NCBI GenBank assembly: GCA_965368975.1
Contig: CBDUPA010000030.1
Location: 1 to 58,397, forward strand
Length of the DNA: 58,397 bases
DNA from: an uncultured bacterium
GTDB taxonomy: Bacteria > Acidobacteriota > Thermoanaerobaculia > Multivoradales > JAHZIX01
Direction of reading: 5' to 3'
Shown piece by piece: positions 55,263 through 58,397 of this stretch (the first letter of the stretch is position 1; each line of letters starts with the position of its first letter). The notes beneath the pieces are model-generated. The model was given only the letters and a program-made list of their open reading frames with translations, was not told where the DNA came from and did not search any database. Made by a program: the position numbers and the translations under genes.

Positions 55263-56930
55263 TTAGGGACGGCAGGTCTTGAAGATCCACCAGCCCTGGC
55301 ACTTGTTGGAGCAGCAATCCGCGTTGACGGAGCACCAGGCACCGTTGGCCAGGCAGGCGCTGCAACCCTCGTCCACGCTGCCATCGCAGTCGTTGTCGAC
55401 ACTGTCGCCGCACAGCTCGGCGGCGCCCGGATACGCGGTGGCGTCGCTATCGTCGCAATCGACGCTGGCGCAGGAACCGTCGCCGTCCGAATCGGTGCAG
55501 CCGGAGCCCGGATCGAGCCACTGCGAGATGCTGCCGTAGGTAACGGCGAAGGCGCCGTCGACGGTGGCGTTGCTGTTGTGGTCGCACGCGTTGTTGATGT
55601 TGGTGCCGCAACGACCGTACAGCTGGCCGACGACCTGGCCACTGCTGTTGACCACCGGCGAACCGGAGCTACCACCCTCGGTACCTGCATAGGTCGTCTG
55701 GCTGTAGATGAAGTTGCCACGCGGCAGCGTGCCGCAGGTGCCGTAGCTGGTGTTCACGCTCTGCTCGGAGTAGGCCTGCGGAGCGCCGGCCGGATGGCTG
55801 ATGCGATAGAGGTCGAGCCCGTTGGCGTACGCCACAGCACTGGTGGTCCAGCCCAGGAAGGCGCTGCCCGCGGGTGCGGAGCCCGAGAGCTGCAGGAAGG
55901 TGAAGTCCGTGGAGCTGTTGGTGGCCAGCAGCGTCGAACCGACCATGCTTGGCACGGCGCCGTCCGGGTTGTAGCAGGAACCACCACACGGCGTGGTGAA
56001 CTGGAAGAAGGTCTCCAGCGAGTTGGCAACGCTCTGGCTGCTCAGGCAGTGGTTGGCGGTCAGGAAGTACGGGGTCCCGCTGGAGGCCGTGTCATTCAGC
56101 AGGCCTCCGGTGCAGATGTAGACGTACGGGCTGATCACGAACTGCATGTGCGCCACGGCGTCCTGAGCGGCGTTGACCGCCGAGGACATGGAACTGCAGG
56201 AAGCGTTCTCGACGCAGCTCTCGTTGAAGCTGCAGAAAGCCTTGTCAGCGGTCAGCGCCGCGCGACGGCTGACGGCCAGCTGGAACGCCTCGGTCAGGTG
56301 AGCGACGCCAGCGATGCGCAGGCTGGAACCCTCCAGGGCGGTCCGCACGTCCGCGCCACGATAATGCAGCTGCACGAGGGCTTCGTCACCGACCAGGGTC
56401 TGAGCCCAGAAGTCGCCACTACCGAGTAGACCCCGCCCCGTGTAGGGACCAAAGGCTTCGCCCAGCGTGTTGTAGATGTAGAGCTCGACACCCTGGGGCA
56501 GGTCGACACCATCGAAGTGCAAGCGCATCGCGGCGGCACCCGGGCTGCGCACCACACCGGTCCAGACAAATCCGTCACGGCTCATGCGAGTGGCACCGAA
56601 GCCATCGAAGCCGGGGGCAATCGCGAAGTTCACGTCCTTGGCGATACCGACGCGCTGACGCGGTTCGTTGTGGTTCCAAACGTCCGAAAGCTCTGCGTCG
56701 GTCACCTCGACCCGTGCGGCACTGCCCATCGCGGCCCGGACCTGCTGGGCAGCAAGCCAGCCGTGGCGAACCTGCATCGCTTCAGTCGCCGCGGCACGAT
56801 CGAAGGTGGTCGTCGCACGCTCCAGTTCCGCCTGCGGCGCGAAGACGTCGGTGCCGACACCGGACTGAGCGAATACCGGCACCGCCAGCAGCATCGCCAC
56901 AGCGGCCATACAAACGATCAATTTCCTCAT
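55263..56930 (-). CDS. Exported lysyl endopeptidase-like S1 serine protease with Cys-rich C-terminal modules
   Basis: GAGGA RBS, signal peptide MRKLIVCMAAVAMLLAVPVFA; CTGGLLND, LTANHC, DFTFL, SHPAG, GTEGGSSGSP; tail DCDD...PGAAELCGDSVDNDCDG. Confidence 0.92.
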   Translation of the reverse strand: MRKLIVCMAAVAMLLAVPVFAQSGVGTDVFAPQAELERATTTFDRAAATEAMQVRHGWLAAQQVRAAMGSAARVEVTDAELSDVWNHNEPRQRVGIAKDVNFAIAPGFDGFGATRMSRDGFVWTGVVRSPGAAAMRLHFDGVDLPQGVELYIYNTLGEAFGPYTGRGLLGSGDFWAQTLVGDEALVQLHYRGADVRTALEGSSLRIAGVAHLTEAFQLAVSRRAALTADKAFCSFNESCVENASCSSMSSAVNAAQDAVAHMQFVISPYVYICTGGLLNDTASSGTPYFLTANHCLSSQSVANSLETFFQFTTPCGGSCYNPDGAVPSMVGSTLLATNSSTDFTFLQLSGSAPAGSAFLGWTTSAVAYANGLDLYRISHPAGAPQAYSEQSVNTSYGTCGTLPRGNFIYSQTTYAGTEGGSSGSPVVNSSGQVVGQLYGRCGTNINNACDHNSNATVDGAFAVTYGSISQWLDPGSGCTDSDGDGSCASVDCDDSDATAYPGAAELCGDSVDNDCDGSVDEGCSACLANGAWCSVNADCCSNKCQGWWIFKTCRP

Positions 56931-57216
56931 TCTACTTTCCTCCTCAATGTGTACATGAATGATCGATCCGGAGCACGCAACCTCCGGACCCACAAGACGC
57001 CACAGGGAATAAATCCCATAGACACACATACATAGACCCAGAATTGAGATCGGGCGAGACGGGCCACGATCGTGGCAAACGCCCGGATATAGATTTGACC
57101 TGCGAATGTTGCCAGGATCACCGGAAGTTTGTCAAGCTCCTCATGGAGTGATTTAAGCCCTGGCCCTCAAGCTCAAAATCAGCGCGGCCACTCTCGGTAC
57201 CTGTAGGATCGGCGTC

Positions 57217-58089
57217 ATGAAGATCCATCTCGTCGACGGTACCTACGAACTCTTCCGCACCTTCTTCGGCGCTCCCGAGCGCCAGCTCGACGACGGCCGC
57301 GAGGTCGGCGCCACGATCGGCTTGCTGAACACACTGCTGGCACTGCTGCGCACCGGCGGCGTCACCCACGTCGCGGCGGCCTTCGACACCTTGATCGAGT
57401 CGTTCCGCAACCAGATGTTCGCCGGCTACAAGACCGGTGAGGGCGTGGACGAGCGCCTGATGCGTCAGTTCCCCCTCGCCGAACGCGCCGCGCATGCACT
57501 CGGCATCACGGTGTGGTCGATGCGCGAGTTCGAGGCTGACGACGCCATGGCCACGGGTGCTGCTCGCTGGGCAGACGCCGCGGGTGTCGAGCAGGTGGTG
57601 CTGTGCTCACCCGACAAGGACCTGACGCAGTGTGTGCGCGGCGGCAAGGTCGTGTGCCTGGACCGGCGGCGCGAGATCCTGCTCGATGAAGCCGGTGTGA
57701 TCGAGAAGTTCGGCGTCTCGCCAGCATCGATCCCCGACTACCTGGGCCTGGTTGGCGACGCCGCGGACGGGATCCCTGGTCTCAAGGGCTGGGGCGCCAA
57801 GTCGGCGTCCACCGTGCTGGCGCGCTGGGAGCACATTGAAGCGATCCCGCACAATATCGAGGCGTGGGAGGTCAAAGTACGCAGCGCCGCCAAGCTTTCT
57901 GAGACACTGAACACCCAGCAGCAAGACGCCTTGCTGTACCGACAGCTAGCGGTGCTGCGTACAGATGTGCCGCTGGAGGAAGAGTTGGAAGACTTGGAGT
58001 GGCGTGGCGCGCGGCGGACGGAGCTGGAACAACTCTGCGTCGAGTTGGGGCAGCAAGCTTTGCTGGAACGCGTACCGCGCTGGCGGTGA
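57217..58089 (+). CDS. Stand-alone 5'-3' exonuclease/flap endonuclease
   Basis: LVDGTYELFR, FRNQMFAGYK, EADD, SPDKDL, GDAADGIPGLKGWGAKSA. Confidence 0.93.
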   Translation: MKIHLVDGTYELFRTFFGAPERQLDDGREVGATIGLLNTLLALLRTGGVTHVAAAFDTLIESFRNQMFAGYKTGEGVDERLMRQFPLAERAAHALGITVWSMREFEADDAMATGAARWADAAGVEQVVLCSPDKDLTQCVRGGKVVCLDRRREILLDEAGVIEKFGVSPASIPDYLGLVGDAADGIPGLKGWGAKSASTVLARWEHIEAIPHNIEAWEVKVRSAAKLSETLNTQQQDALLYRQLAVLRTDVPLEEELEDLEWRGARRTELEQLCVELGQQALLERVPRWR

Positions 58090-58320
58090 CTCGGGCTTCG
58101 TTTCAGGCGTAAGCTGCTGCCCACGTGGCTCCGGAATCGGGTCACCAAACTCATGCACCGGCTCCAGCCACAGTTCCATAACGTCCTGGGCATTCTTCAA
58201 AGCATCGTCCTGTGAATTGCCGTGGGCCATGCACCCAGGGAGTTCTGGAACCTCTGGAATGAAAAGGCCGTCTTCGTCACTCCAGTAGATGAAAACCCCG
58301 TACTTATTGCACTTATGCAT
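57946..58320 (-). pseudogene. HicB-family antitoxin, probably degenerate (lost stop, no HicA seen)
   Basis: IYWSDEDGLFIPEVPELPGCMAHGNSQDDALKNAQ...FGDPIPEPRG; the frame continues about 145 bp antisense into the flap endonuclease gene. Confidence 0.7.
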
Positions 58321-58397
58321 CAAGCACCTACGAGGAAATAGTGAGCTATGGTCAAGAGTTGTGTATCAGCCCTCAGGCGGCGATCCTGTCTTCTCGG

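Noticed and set aside
57217-58089. Broken second polA copy
   Set aside because: A complete ~290-aa stand-alone flap endonuclease is a known family, and full-length polA is intact at 26026..28821.

Overview
GC-rich bacterial chromosomal window, most consistent with Acidobacteriota (Thermoanaerobaculia-like; inferred from the GWxTD+VWA, CHAT-TPR and IFxDxFE-tail gene content). About 42 CDSs; no rRNA, tRNA, CRISPR array or transposase was recognised. Bases 1-11040 form a cell-surface locus: two divergent paralogous propeller-PKD proteins (the left one runs off the window and is missing from the ORF track) flank a candidate abundant surface/S-layer protein, an FG-GAP protein and an orphan Wzm-type permease. 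Bases 11078-14162 encode an XRE regulator, an RRNPP-like TPR protein and an exported protein with four ADKIRGEIIEIG repeats. Bases 15139-21938 encode an exported Ig-like scaffold, a 73-aa 8-Cys peptide and a lower-GC TPR-CHAT protease. The rest is mostly housekeeping (glnA, polA, moaB, cardiolipin synthase, SRAP, BlaI/BlaR1, MoaD-MoaE, Atu/Liu-type cluster, maf, Ser/Thr kinase, flap endonuclease). It also holds a hidden PrdB/GrdB-like selenoprotein (in-frame UGA, UxxC, SECIS-like hairpin), a GTAG REP doublet, a lipid operon with two apparent pseudo-enzymes, and a protease ending in a cystine-knot-like tail. The best candidates for undescribed systems are the XRE/TPR/repeat-protein operon and the scaffold/Cys-peptide/CHAT module. 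All product calls are from motif recognition; no database search was run.
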